Source: Candidatus Rokuibacteriota bacterium (GTDB lineage Bacteria > Methylomirabilota > Methylomirabilia > Rokubacteriales > CSP1-6). From it: a stretch of 64,000 nucleotides of DNA. Under the pieces are notes generated by a model. It had not been told where the DNA came from and searched no databases. It saw nothing but the letters and a program-made list of their open reading frames with translations. Shown here one piece after another: positions 33,803-42,588 of this stretch. Within the stretch, counting starts at the first letter, position 1, and the number at the start of each line of letters is the position of its first letter. The stretch covers positions 9,969 through 73,968 of the forward strand of contig JBIOXS010000097.1 in the NCBI GenBank assembly GCA_044869815.1. The letters run 5' to 3'. The translations under genes and the position numbers were made by a program.

Positions 33803-36209
33803 TGTAAGCGGCTTCATCGCGAGCGTCGTTCTTCTCACCGCCGCCGGGTGCGCGACCACGCGCTCCGAGCCCACGGCCACACCACCGACGATCCCCGTGC
33901 CGGCGCCGACCGTCACCGTGCAGACCGAGCCGCCGGCGCCACCGATGCCGCCGGTGTCGATCGGGCCGCGCGCGCCCGAGCCACCGCGCCCCGAGCCGCC
34001 CGCCACGCCGGCGCCGGCCCCGCCGCCGCCGAAGCCTCCCGTCACCCGGCCGTCGATCGCGCCGCCGACCGCGCCCGGTGCGAGCGGGCGCTTCATCGTG
34101 CTGAACTTCGACAACGCCGATATCGAGACGGTGATTCACGCCGCCAGCGAGATCGTCGGCTTCAACTATGTCCTGTCCCCCGATGTGCGGGGCAAGGTCA
34201 CTGTGCAGACCTCCGGCCGCATCCCGCAGGACGACGTGTTCGGCGTGCTGCTCGGCATTCTCGAAGTCCACGGCTTCACCGCCGTGAAGGCGGGCAATCT
34301 CTACAAGATCGTGCGACTGGAGGGCGCGCGCGAGCGCGCGGTACCGACCATCGTGGGCGATCTCGCCGTCGATACGCGCAATGCCGACGAGATCATCACC
34401 CAGATCGTCCCGATCCGGTACGCCTCCGTCAACGATCTCGGCGTGCTGTTACGGCCGTTCGTCTCCTCGCGCGGCACGCTGGTGGCGAACCGCGAGACCA
34501 ACGTCCTCGTCATCACCGATGCCGTGGCCAACATCCGTCGCGTGCTCGACATCGTGAAGCTCGTCGACGTCCAGGTCTCGCTGGACGAGGTACAGATCAT
34601 TCCCATTGCGTTCGCGGACGCCACCGAGGTGGCCGCCATCCTGAACCAGCTCTTTGCCGGCGGTCGACTGCGCGCCGCCGCCGCGCCGGCCGCCCCGACG
34701 CCGGTGCCGGGGCAGGCGGTGGCTCCTGGCGGGGCCGTGACGACGGAGCGGCCCCCGCTGGTGATCGCCGAGCGGCGGTCGAACTCCATCGTCGTCCACG
34801 GCCGGCGATCGGAGATCGAGACCATCCGCCGCATCCTCACGCAGCTCGACATCAACGTGACGGGCGGCCGCCGCGTGTTCATCTACTTCGCCGAGAACGC
34901 GAAGGCGAAGGACCTCGCGGCCACGCTCAATGCCATCTACGGGGCCAAGGAGACCGTGGCCACGGCGGCGCCGACACCGCCCACGACGCCGCGGACACCG
35001 GGCCAGCCGCCACCACCACCGCCGCCGCCGCCCACGACCGCGCCCGGCGGCCCCGTCGGCGGGCCGAGCGGCCTGGCCGAGCTCGGCCTGGCCGAGGGCC
35101 AGTTCCGCTTCATCGCCGACGAGACGACGAACTCCGTCATCGTCACCACCACGCCGCGCCAGTGGACCGACATCGAGCCGACGGTCAAGCAGCTCGACAA
35201 GATGCCGCGCCAGGTGCTGATCGAAGTGCTGGTGGCGGAGATCACGCTCCAGGACGACACGAAGCTCGGCGTCGACTGGGCGCTGAAGACGGGCAGCTTC
35301 CGCGTCGTCAGCCAGTCGGTCACGACCTCCACCAGCGGCACGCCCGGCATCACGGCACCGACCGGACTGGACGCCCTCGGCGCCGCCACCGCGATCGCCG
35401 GGCTGCCGGGCGCGGGACTCACCGCCTTCGCGTTCGCCACCGACAAGTTCTTCGCGATGCTCAACGCGCTGGCCAGCGAGAACCGGGTGAACGTGATCTC
35501 GAACCCACACGTCATGACATCGGAGAACAAGAAGGCTATCGTCAACGTCTCGGCATCGATCCCGATCGTCACCAGTCAGCAGACGGGCACGCTCAGCTCA
35601 CCCGCCCAGGTGGCGGGCACGACGAGCACGGTGGCCACCACGGGCAGCGTGAACCAGACGGTGGAGTACCGCGACGCCGGCGTGGTCCTGACCGTCACCC
35701 CGCGGATCGGCGAGCGCGGCACCGTGGCCCTCGACGTCAAGCAGGAGGTCAACGACATCGGCGATCCGGAGCCGCCTACCGGCTCGCGTCGGATCAACAA
35801 GCGGGAGGCCGAGACGTCGGTGGTCCTGCTGAACAACCAGACGCTCGTGATGGCGGGTCTGATCCAGGAGCGGCGGGGCGCTTCCGACCGCGGCATCCCC
35901 GTCCTCAGCCGGATCCCGTTCCTCGGGTTCCTCTTCGGGTTCAAGGAGCGGACAGTGGAGAAGCGGGAACTGATCCTGCTCATCACGCCGCGGGTCGTGG
36001 GCACGCCACTCGACGCCCAGCGCATCACCGACCAGATGCGCCGCGCCACGCCGGAGCTGGACGATGCCGTGCGCCACGCTCCCCGCGCGCCGAGCACGAC
36101 CCCGATGTCGACGCCCGCGACGCCACCGTCCGGCGTTGTCGTCCCGTCGATTCCGGAGCCGACACCCAGCGGCGTCCCGCCCATTCCGCCGGCTCCGCCG
36201 CAGCGCTGA
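33786..36209 (+). CDS. gspD: Secretin (outer-membrane channel), predicted lipoprotein
   Basis: Residues 81-887 of ORF 33546..36209. Lipobox VLLTAAGC, a Pro-rich linker, N-domains, and the secretin core ...NVISNPHVMTSENKKAIVNV...IPVLSRIPFLGFLFG. Confidence 0.92.
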   Translation: MRRSSNVSGFIASVVLLTAAGCATTRSEPTATPPTIPVPAPTVTVQTEPPAPPMPPVSIGPRAPEPPRPEPPATPAPAPPPPKPPVTRPSIAPPTAPGASGRFIVLNFDNADIETVIHAASEIVGFNYVLSPDVRGKVTVQTSGRIPQDDVFGVLLGILEVHGFTAVKAGNLYKIVRLEGARERAVPTIVGDLAVDTRNADEIITQIVPIRYASVNDLGVLLRPFVSSRGTLVANRETNVLVITDAVANIRRVLDIVKLVDVQVSLDEVQIIPIAFADATEVAAILNQLFAGGRLRAAAAPAAPTPVPGQAVAPGGAVTTERPPLVIAERRSNSIVVHGRRSEIETIRRILTQLDINVTGGRRVFIYFAENAKAKDLAATLNAIYGAKETVATAAPTPPTTPRTPGQPPPPPPPPPTTAPGGPVGGPSGLAELGLAEGQFRFIADETTNSVIVTTTPRQWTDIEPTVKQLDKMPRQVLIEVLVAEITLQDDTKLGVDWALKTGSFRVVSQSVTTSTSGTPGITAPTGLDALGAATAIAGLPGAGLTAFAFATDKFFAMLNALASENRVNVISNPHVMTSENKKAIVNVSASIPIVTSQQTGTLSSPAQVAGTTSTVATTGSVNQTVEYRDAGVVLTVTPRIGERGTVALDVKQEVNDIGDPEPPTGSRRINKREAETSVVLLNNQTLVMAGLIQERRGASDRGIPVLSRIPFLGFLFGFKERTVEKRELILLITPRVVGTPLDAQRITDQMRRATPELDDAVRHAPRAPSTTPMSTPATPPSGVVVPSIPEPTPSGVPPIPPAPPQR

Positions 36210-36220
36210 GAGCAACGCTG

Positions 36221-36292
36221 GTTCGAGCGGCGGCTTTGCCGCCGCAACCTGCTCTGGGGGAGGCATCGGAGGGGCCACCGAGGCCCCTCCGA
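36221..36292. repeat. REP-like double-hairpin intergenic element, copy 2
   Basis: GTTCGAGCGGCGGCTTTGCCGCCGCAACCTG...TCGGAGGGGCCACCGAGGCCCCTCCGA. It sits between the convergent stops at 36209 (+) and 36298 (-). Same orientation as copy 1. Confidence 0.85.
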
Positions 36293-36297
36293 GAAAT

Positions 36298-37083
36298 CTA
36301 CTGCCCGGTGAATTTTGGGGGGCGCTTCTCGAAGAATGCGGCGAGTCCTTCCTGGTGGTCCTCGGAGGCGATGGCGATGCCCTGGGAGAACGCCTCGAGG
36401 TCGAGGGCGGAGGCCAGATCGGACGTCGCCGCCCGGTTGACCATGTGCTTGGCCATCTTGAGCACGGCCGGCGGGCCGGCGGCGATCTTCTCCGCGAGCG
36501 CGCGGGTGGCACGCTCGAGATCGGCGGCGGGCACCACGTGGTTCACCAGGCCGATCCGCGCCGCCTCCGCCGCGTCGATGATGTCGGCGGTGAAGATCAG
36601 CTCCTTGGCCCGGGCGAGGCCGACCACCCGCGGCAGCAGCCAGGTGCCGCCGCCGTCGGGCACCAGGCCGATCTTCCAGAAGAGCTCGCCGAACCGCGCG
36701 CGGTCGGAGGCGACGATGAGGTCGCAGCAGAGCGCCAGGTTCGAGCCGGCGCCGACGGCATAGCCGTCGACCATGGCGATGGTCGGCTTCGGGAAGCTCA
36801 CGAGCCGCTGGACCATCGCGTTGAGGAGCTCGACGCGTCCCCGTCCCTCGGCCGCCGTGTGTCGCTTCTCGCGCATGGTCTTGACATCGCCGCCGGAGCA
36901 GAAGTGCCCGCCGGCGCCGGTGACGATCACCACGCGCGCGCTCTCGTCGGCCTCGATCTCGTCGAGGACGGCGACGAGCTCCTGGCGCATGACGATATCG
37001 AGCGCGTTCCGCGCCTCCGGCCGGTTCAGCGTGATGGTGGCGACGGCACCGCTCCTGCCCTGAAACAGCGTCTGGTAGCCCAC
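36298..37083 (-). CDS. Enoyl-CoA hydratase/isomerase (crotonase family)
   Basis: ORF 36298..37083. Motifs: VIVTGAGGHFCSGGD and MVDGYAVGAGSNLALCCD. Confidence 0.9.
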   Translation of the reverse strand: MGYQTLFQGRSGAVATITLNRPEARNALDIVMRQELVAVLDEIEADESARVVIVTGAGGHFCSGGDVKTMREKRHTAAEGRGRVELLNAMVQRLVSFPKPTIAMVDGYAVGAGSNLALCCDLIVASDRARFGELFWKIGLVPDGGGTWLLPRVVGLARAKELIFTADIIDAAEAARIGLVNHVVPAADLERATRALAEKIAAGPPAVLKMAKHMVNRAATSDLASALDLEAFSQGIAIASEDHQEGLAAFFEKRPPKFTGQ

Positions 37084-37164
37084 GGATGACTCCTTTCGGG
37101 AGAGGCGTCGATCAGGAACGGACCGACGCTGACGCGGATGATGCTACAATTTCGCTCGACTGTC

Positions 37165-37935
37165 ATGCGCCTCATCGGCATGGTCCATCTCCCGCCGCTG
37201 CCCGGCAGCCCTCGCTGGGAAGGCTCCATGGAACGCGCGATCGCCACCGCCCTCGCCGACGCCCAGACGCTCGTCGACGGCGGCATGGATGCGCTCATCG
37301 TCGAGAATTACGGCGACGCGCCGTTCACGCCCGGCCGCGTGCCGCCCTCGACGGTGGCCGCGATGGCCGTCGTCGCCGCCGAGCTCCGCCGCACGCTCCC
37401 CGCCACGCCCCTCGGCGTGAACGTGCTCAAGAACGACGCGCGCGCCGCGCTCGCCATCGCCCGCGCCGTCGGCGCCACCTTCATCCGCGTCAACGTCCTC
37501 GCGGGCACGGTTGTGGCCGACCAGGGCGTCGTGCAGACGGAGGCGTTCGATCTGCTCCGCGAGCGCCGGCTGCTCGGCGGCGAGATCGCCATCTTCGCCG
37601 ACGTGCAGGGCAAGCACGCGGTGCCGCTCGTGCCGGTGGAAATCGAGCAGCAGGCGCGCGATCTCACGCATCGCGCGCTCGCCGACGGCCTCGTCGTCTC
37701 CGGCCGCGCGACCGGCGAGGCGACGCCGCTCGAGGACGTCAAGCGGGTGCGGAGCGCCGTTCCCGACGTGCCGATCCTCGTCGGCAGCGGCGTGACGCCG
37801 GAGACGGCCGCCGAGCTCCTGTCCGTGGCCGACGCGCTCATCGTCGGCACCGCGCTCAAGCACGGCGGCGACGTCGGCCAGCCGGTAGATCCCGCGCGCG
37901 TGCGTCGACTCGTCGACGCCGTCGGTGGCCGCTAG
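37165..37935 (+). CDS. BtpA/SgcQ-family TIM-barrel protein
   Basis: ORF 37138..37935. Motifs: MRLIGMVHLPPLPGSP...DALIVENYGDAPF...NVLKND...FIRVNV. Start moved to ATG 37165 because a TACAAT box (37145-37150) lies inside the longer ORF. Confidence 0.75.
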   Translation: MRLIGMVHLPPLPGSPRWEGSMERAIATALADAQTLVDGGMDALIVENYGDAPFTPGRVPPSTVAAMAVVAAELRRTLPATPLGVNVLKNDARAALAIARAVGATFIRVNVLAGTVVADQGVVQTEAFDLLRERRLLGGEIAIFADVQGKHAVPLVPVEIEQQARDLTHRALADGLVVSGRATGEATPLEDVKRVRSAVPDVPILVGSGVTPETAAELLSVADALIVGTALKHGGDVGQPVDPARVRRLVDAVGGR

Positions 37936-39046
37936 CCTCCGGCGCGCCTCGCTCGTCGCTCTCCTTCTGCTCGTCGCTTCCGGCTGTCGGACCGGCGCGG
38001 ACGCCGCGCGGAACGAGCGCGCGGCGCGGCTCTGGCCGCGGCTCGGCGAGGTCCTGCTCGTCGGCTTTCACGGCACGACCGTCGAGGACAACCCCGACGT
38101 CGAGCGTCTCCTTTGCCGCGTGCGCGTGGGCGGCGTGGTCCTGTTCGCCCGCAACATCGTCGATGCCGACCAGCTCGCCCGGCTGACGCGGGGTCTCACC
38201 GACCGCACGCGCGAATGCACCGGCCGCACGCTGCTGATCGCGGTGGATGCGGAGGGCGGCCGGGTGATGCGCCTCGGGCCGGGCGCCGGCTACACGGCCA
38301 CCCTGTCGCATCAGGATCTCGGCGACGCGAACGATCTCGCGCAGACGGAGCTCGAGGCCCGACGCATCGGTACGATGCTGCGCGAGGCCGGCATCAACTG
38401 GAACCTCGCGCCCGTGGTCGACGTCGGCTACAACCCGGCCAATCCGGTCATCGTCGGCGAGGGCCGGTCCTTCGGAGCCAACCCGGCGCTGGTGGCCGCC
38501 CAGGCCCGCGCCTTCATCTCCGGCATGCACGCCGCCGGATTGATCACGGCCCTCAAGCACTTCCCGGGCCACGGCTCGAGCGTCGCCGACTCCCACCACG
38601 GCTTCGTCGATGTCAGCGAGACGGCCAATCCAGCCGCCGAGCTAGCGCCCTATCGCATGCTGCTGGCGGAAGGGGTTGTCGACAGCGTGATGACGGCTCA
38701 CGTCTTCAACCGGCGGCTCGATCGACGCCATCCGGCGACGCTGTCGGCGTCCACCATCACCGGGCTGCTGCGGCGCGATCTCGGCTGGCGCGGCGTGGTG
38801 GTGAGCGACGACATACGGATGGGCGCCATCGACAAGCACTATGGACTGGGCGACGCCGCCATCCGGGCCATCCGTGCCGGCGTCGATGTCGTGCTCATCG
38901 CCGACGATCGGCTACCCGGCGGAGCGTCGGCTGCCGACACGGTCATCGCCGGCCTTGCCATGGCGGTGCGCCGGGGGCGCATGCCCCTCAAGCGTATCGA
39001 GGAGGCTCTCGTTCGGATTGAGGCAATGCGCGCCAGACTCCCGTAA
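37925..39046 (+). CDS. nagZ: Beta-N-acetylhexosaminidase, GH3 (NagZ-like), predicted lipoprotein
   Basis: ORF 37925..39046. Lipobox LLLVASGC. Motifs: IAVDAEGGRV, KHFPGHGSSVADSHHG. Confidence 0.85.
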   Translation: MAASLRRASLVALLLLVASGCRTGADAARNERAARLWPRLGEVLLVGFHGTTVEDNPDVERLLCRVRVGGVVLFARNIVDADQLARLTRGLTDRTRECTGRTLLIAVDAEGGRVMRLGPGAGYTATLSHQDLGDANDLAQTELEARRIGTMLREAGINWNLAPVVDVGYNPANPVIVGEGRSFGANPALVAAQARAFISGMHAAGLITALKHFPGHGSSVADSHHGFVDVSETANPAAELAPYRMLLAEGVVDSVMTAHVFNRRLDRRHPATLSASTITGLLRRDLGWRGVVVSDDIRMGAIDKHYGLGDAAIRAIRAGVDVVLIADDRLPGGASAADTVIAGLAMAVRRGRMPLKRIEEALVRIEAMRARLP

Positions 39047-39113
39047 GTAAAGGGGTTCTGCGGTGTCGTAGAAAATTGACCAGCGCCGGGGCCGGACGAT
39101 ACGCTGATTTTCT

Positions 39114-40505
39114 GTGAGAACTGCACCGGTGAGGTTCCGGCTGCCCCTCAAGGTGAAGCTGAGTCTGCTCATCACCGGCCTCGTGGTTCTCGCCGTCCTG
39201 CTCGTCAGCGCCTCCCTGCTTCGCAAGCAAGCCCAGACGCTCACCGATGCCGTGACCAAGCGAGGCTTGACGATCGCCGCCAACCTGGCCGGCGGCGCGA
39301 AGAGCGCGCTCGTCTCTGACGATGACCTGACGCTCAACATCCTGGTCAAGGAAGCGATGCACGACAAGGACGTCGCCTACGTCATCTTCGTCGACGAGGA
39401 CGGCATCGTGCGCGCGCACTCCAACGTGTCGATGATCGGCAAGCGTCTCAGCCGGCCGCCCTCGCTCACCGTGCCCACCGATCGGGCGGTGATCCAGACC
39501 TACCGCCCGGAGGACGGCGAGGCCGAGATCATCGACTTCGCGACGCCGCTCGTCTTCAGCAAGACGCCGATCGGCACCCTCTACATCGGCTTCAGCAAGC
39601 TCGCGGTGACCCACGCGGTCACCGAGGCGCGCCAGCAGGCCCTCTACGTGACGGCCTTCATGATCGTGCTCGGCGTGGCGGGTGCGGTCACCCTGGCGAC
39701 GGTCCTGTCGCGCCCGATCTTCCGCCTCGTCGAGGCCACGCACCTCATCAGCTCCGGGAATCTGTCGGTCGAGGTCCCGGTGACCACGCATGACGAGCTC
39801 GGCGTGCTCACGGCCTCGTTCAACCGGATGGTGCGGAGCCTCCGCGAGAAGGAGATGATCAAGCGCGCCTTCACGCGGTACGTCGCGCGCGAGGTCGTGG
39901 AGGAGGTGCTCAAGGACCCCGAGCACCTGATGCTGTCGGGAGAGCGCCGTGAGGCCACCGTTATGTTCTGCGACATCCGGGGCTTCACGACGCTCTCCGA
40001 GCGTCTGACGCCGGAGCAGGTGGTCAGCCTCCTCAACGAGTTCTACACGACGGCCATCGAGACGACCTTCAAGTACGACGGCACCCTCGACAAGTTCCTC
40101 GGCGACGCCGTCATGTGCGTCTTCGGCGCGCCGATCGCCCATCCCGACCACACCGCCCGCGCCGTGAAGACGGCCATCGACATGCGCACGGCGCTGACGG
40201 AGCTCAGCAAGCGGCGCTCGATCCGCGGGCTCGATCCCTTCGAGGTCGGCATCGGCGTCGCCCTCGGCGAGGTGGTGGCCGGCACCGTCGGCACCGAGGC
40301 GCGGATGGAGTACACGGTCATCGGCGACAGCGTCAACGTGGCCGCCCGATTACAAGATCATGCCAAGGCCGGCTGCATCCTCCTCTCGCGCCGGACGTAC
40401 GAGGCGGTGCACGACCTCGTCGAAGCCCGGTCGCGCGGGCCGCTCAAGGTGAAGGGCAAGGAAGAGCAAGTCGAAGTGTACGAGGTCGTCGGATTCCGCC
40501 GTTGA
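39114..40505 (+). CDS. Membrane adenylate/guanylate cyclase with periplasmic sensor, HAMP and class III cyclase domains
   Basis: ORF 39114..40505 (GTG start). Two TM segments flank a ~150-aa sensor. HAMP: PIFRLVEATHLISSGNLSV...FNRMVRSLRE. Cyclase: ATVMFCDIRGFTTLSE, GDAVMCVFGAP, YTVIGDSVNVAARL. Confidence 0.9.
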   Translation: MRTAPVRFRLPLKVKLSLLITGLVVLAVLLVSASLLRKQAQTLTDAVTKRGLTIAANLAGGAKSALVSDDDLTLNILVKEAMHDKDVAYVIFVDEDGIVRAHSNVSMIGKRLSRPPSLTVPTDRAVIQTYRPEDGEAEIIDFATPLVFSKTPIGTLYIGFSKLAVTHAVTEARQQALYVTAFMIVLGVAGAVTLATVLSRPIFRLVEATHLISSGNLSVEVPVTTHDELGVLTASFNRMVRSLREKEMIKRAFTRYVAREVVEEVLKDPEHLMLSGERREATVMFCDIRGFTTLSERLTPEQVVSLLNEFYTTAIETTFKYDGTLDKFLGDAVMCVFGAPIAHPDHTARAVKTAIDMRTALTELSKRRSIRGLDPFEVGIGVALGEVVAGTVGTEARMEYTVIGDSVNVAARLQDHAKAGCILLSRRTYEAVHDLVEARSRGPLKVKGKEEQVEVYEVVGFRR

Positions 40506-41506
40506 CACGCGCGCTCACTCTCGCGGCCGCCGTGGTGCTGAGCGGCTGTGCGACGCTTGCCTCTCTCCAGCAGCGCGTGACGGCGGCCTCCACGGCCGGC
40601 AGCGTGGTCGGCGAGTCCGACGACTTCATCGTGCTCGGCGCGAAGGGCGGGGAGACGGCGGAGGGCCTCGCGCGCACCCATCTCGGTGACGCCGGCAAGA
40701 GCTGGATGATCGAGGACTTCACGGGCGCCCGCCGCTTCACGCGGGGTCAGCACGTGGTGATTCCGAAGAAGCCCTGGAACGTCTCGGGCGTCGAGGCGAC
40801 CGGCTACCAGCTCGTTCCCGTCCTCGTCTATCACAACATCGGCAAGGACCCGCGCGGCCGGCTCGTGCTCGGCGTCGATGCCTTCACGGAGCAGATGAAG
40901 TACCTCAAGGCCAACGGCTTCCGCGTCGTCAGCGTCACCGAGTTCGTCGAGTGGGTCCACCTCCGCCGCCAGCTTCCGAAGAAGGCGGTGGTGTTGACGT
41001 TCGACGACGGCTACCGCTCGTTCCGCGATCACGCCTATCCCGTCCTGAAAGAGCTGAAGTTCACGGCGACCCTCTTCGTCTACACGGACTACGTCGGCGC
41101 CGGTCGCAACGCGCTCACCTGGGACGAGCTGAAGGCGCTGGCGGCCGAGGGGTTCGACGTGCAGGCGCACTCGAAGTCGCACGGCGACCTGCGTCGCGGC
41201 AACCACGAGAGCGAGGCCCAGTACGCCCGCCGGATGCACGCGGAGCTGATCGAGCCGCCGCGCGTGCTCGCACGGAGCGTCGGCCGGCCCGTGAGCTTCC
41301 TCGCCTATCCGTACGGGCGGGTCGACGACGCCGTCCTCGCCAAGGTGAAGGATCACGGCTACCAGGCGGCCTTCACCGTCAGGCGCGAGAGCAACGCCGC
41401 CTTCGTGGACGTCCTGCGCATCAGCCGCAGCCAGGTCTACTCCGAGATGACGCTCGAGCAGTTCGCGAAGAACCTGAATGTCTTCCATCCCGAGAACCTG
41501 CGATGA
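40502..41506 (+). CDS. Polysaccharide deacetylase (CE4/NodB) lipoprotein with N-terminal LysM-like segment
   Basis: Residues 130-463 of ORF 40115..41506, from TTG 40502 (TTGA overlap with the cyclase stop). Lipobox VVLSGC. Motifs: VLTFDDGYRS, HSKSHGDL. Confidence 0.8.
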   Translation: MTRALTLAAAVVLSGCATLASLQQRVTAASTAGSVVGESDDFIVLGAKGGETAEGLARTHLGDAGKSWMIEDFTGARRFTRGQHVVIPKKPWNVSGVEATGYQLVPVLVYHNIGKDPRGRLVLGVDAFTEQMKYLKANGFRVVSVTEFVEWVHLRRQLPKKAVVLTFDDGYRSFRDHAYPVLKELKFTATLFVYTDYVGAGRNALTWDELKALAAEGFDVQAHSKSHGDLRRGNHESEAQYARRMHAELIEPPRVLARSVGRPVSFLAYPYGRVDDAVLAKVKDHGYQAAFTVRRESNAAFVDVLRISRSQVYSEMTLEQFAKNLNVFHPENLR

Positions 41507-42588
41507 GATGGGCGGCGGCTCTGATGGCCGGCGCCGTCCTGCTCGCCGGCTGCGCCACGGCCCCGCCGCGCGCGGAGATGGTGTCCGCCCATCGTGAGCG
41601 TGCCCGCACGCTCGAGCGGGACGGCCACCTCCGCGCCGCGCTGCTCGAGTGGAAGGTCGCGCGCACCATCGATCCCGACGACACGGAGGCGCGCGCCGAG
41701 CAGGCGAAGCTCGAGGCCCGCATCCAGCGGCGCGTCGCCGAAAGGCTGGCCGAGGCGCGCGCCGCCGCCGCCCGCGGCGTCCACGTCGAGGCGCGGCGCA
41801 AGCTGATGTCGGTGCTGGCGCTCGACCCCGAGAACGCCGCCGCGGCGGCCATGCTGCGCGGCTCGGGGCGCGAGGGCGAGTTCGTCACCCACACGGTGCG
41901 GGCGGGCGAAACGCTCGGGACGATCGCCGAGCGCTACTACAGTGACCGCTCGCGCAGCGAGGTCATCTGGGAGACCAACCGCCTGCCGCCCGGCCGACCG
42001 CTGGTGGTGGGCAGCACGCTCAGGATCCCCGAGATCCCGGGCCTGCCATTCGCGACGGGCGGCGCCAAGGCGGCCACGGCGCCGAGCCCGCCGACTCCGC
42101 CGCGGCCGACCACCGATCGCGCCGGCACGACCGAAGAGCCGCCCGAGATCAATCCGATGCTCGCCGACATCCGTGACGCGATCGACCGCAAGGATTACGC
42201 AGCCGCGCTCGCCGACATCGACCGGTACATCGCGCTCAATCCGGGCGACCCCGAGCCGGTGGAGCTCAAGAAGCTGACGCTCTATCGCCAGGGCTACACG
42301 CTCCTCGAGCAGAAGAGCTACGACGAGGGCTACAGGGCGCTGCGGCAGCTCGCCAAGCTGCAGCCGGACTACCTGGACATCACGAGCCTCGTGCAGCAGG
42401 CGCGCCGCCAGGTCATCGACCATCACTACCAGGAGGGCATCCGGCACTTCCGCGAGGAGCGGCTGCAGGAGTCTATCGGCGAGTGGCGCCTCGTGCTCGA
42501 CATGGAGCCGCAGCATCCGAACGCGCGCCGGAACATCGAGCAGGCCGAGCGTCTGCTCGAGGCTCTCGAGCGCCGCAAGACGCGCTAA
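41503..42588 (+). CDS. Lipoprotein with LysM domain and TPR-like repeats
   Basis: Residues 185-545 of ORF 40951..42588, from ATG 41503 (ATGA overlap). Lipobox LLAGC. LysM: HTVRAGETLGTIAERYY...STLRIP. TPR-like helices on both sides. Confidence 0.75.
   Translation: MRWAAALMAGAVLLAGCATAPPRAEMVSAHRERARTLERDGHLRAALLEWKVARTIDPDDTEARAEQAKLEARIQRRVAERLAEARAAAARGVHVEARRKLMSVLALDPENAAAAAMLRGSGREGEFVTHTVRAGETLGTIAERYYSDRSRSEVIWETNRLPPGRPLVVGSTLRIPEIPGLPFATGGAKAATAPSPPTPPRPTTDRAGTTEEPPEINPMLADIRDAIDRKDYAAALADIDRYIALNPGDPEPVELKKLTLYRQGYTLLEQKSYDEGYRALRQLAKLQPDYLDITSLVQQARRQVIDHHYQEGIRHFREERLQESIGEWRLVLDMEPQHPNARRNIEQAERLLEALERRKTR

Noticed and set aside
33848-36763. 971-aa plus-strand ORF, the longest in the track
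   Set aside because: It is an alternative frame of gspD that runs on across the intergenic repeat into the antisense of the enoyl-CoA hydratase gene. Its product is an Arg/His/Gly-rich string with no motifs, whereas the gspD frame gives a textbook secretin.
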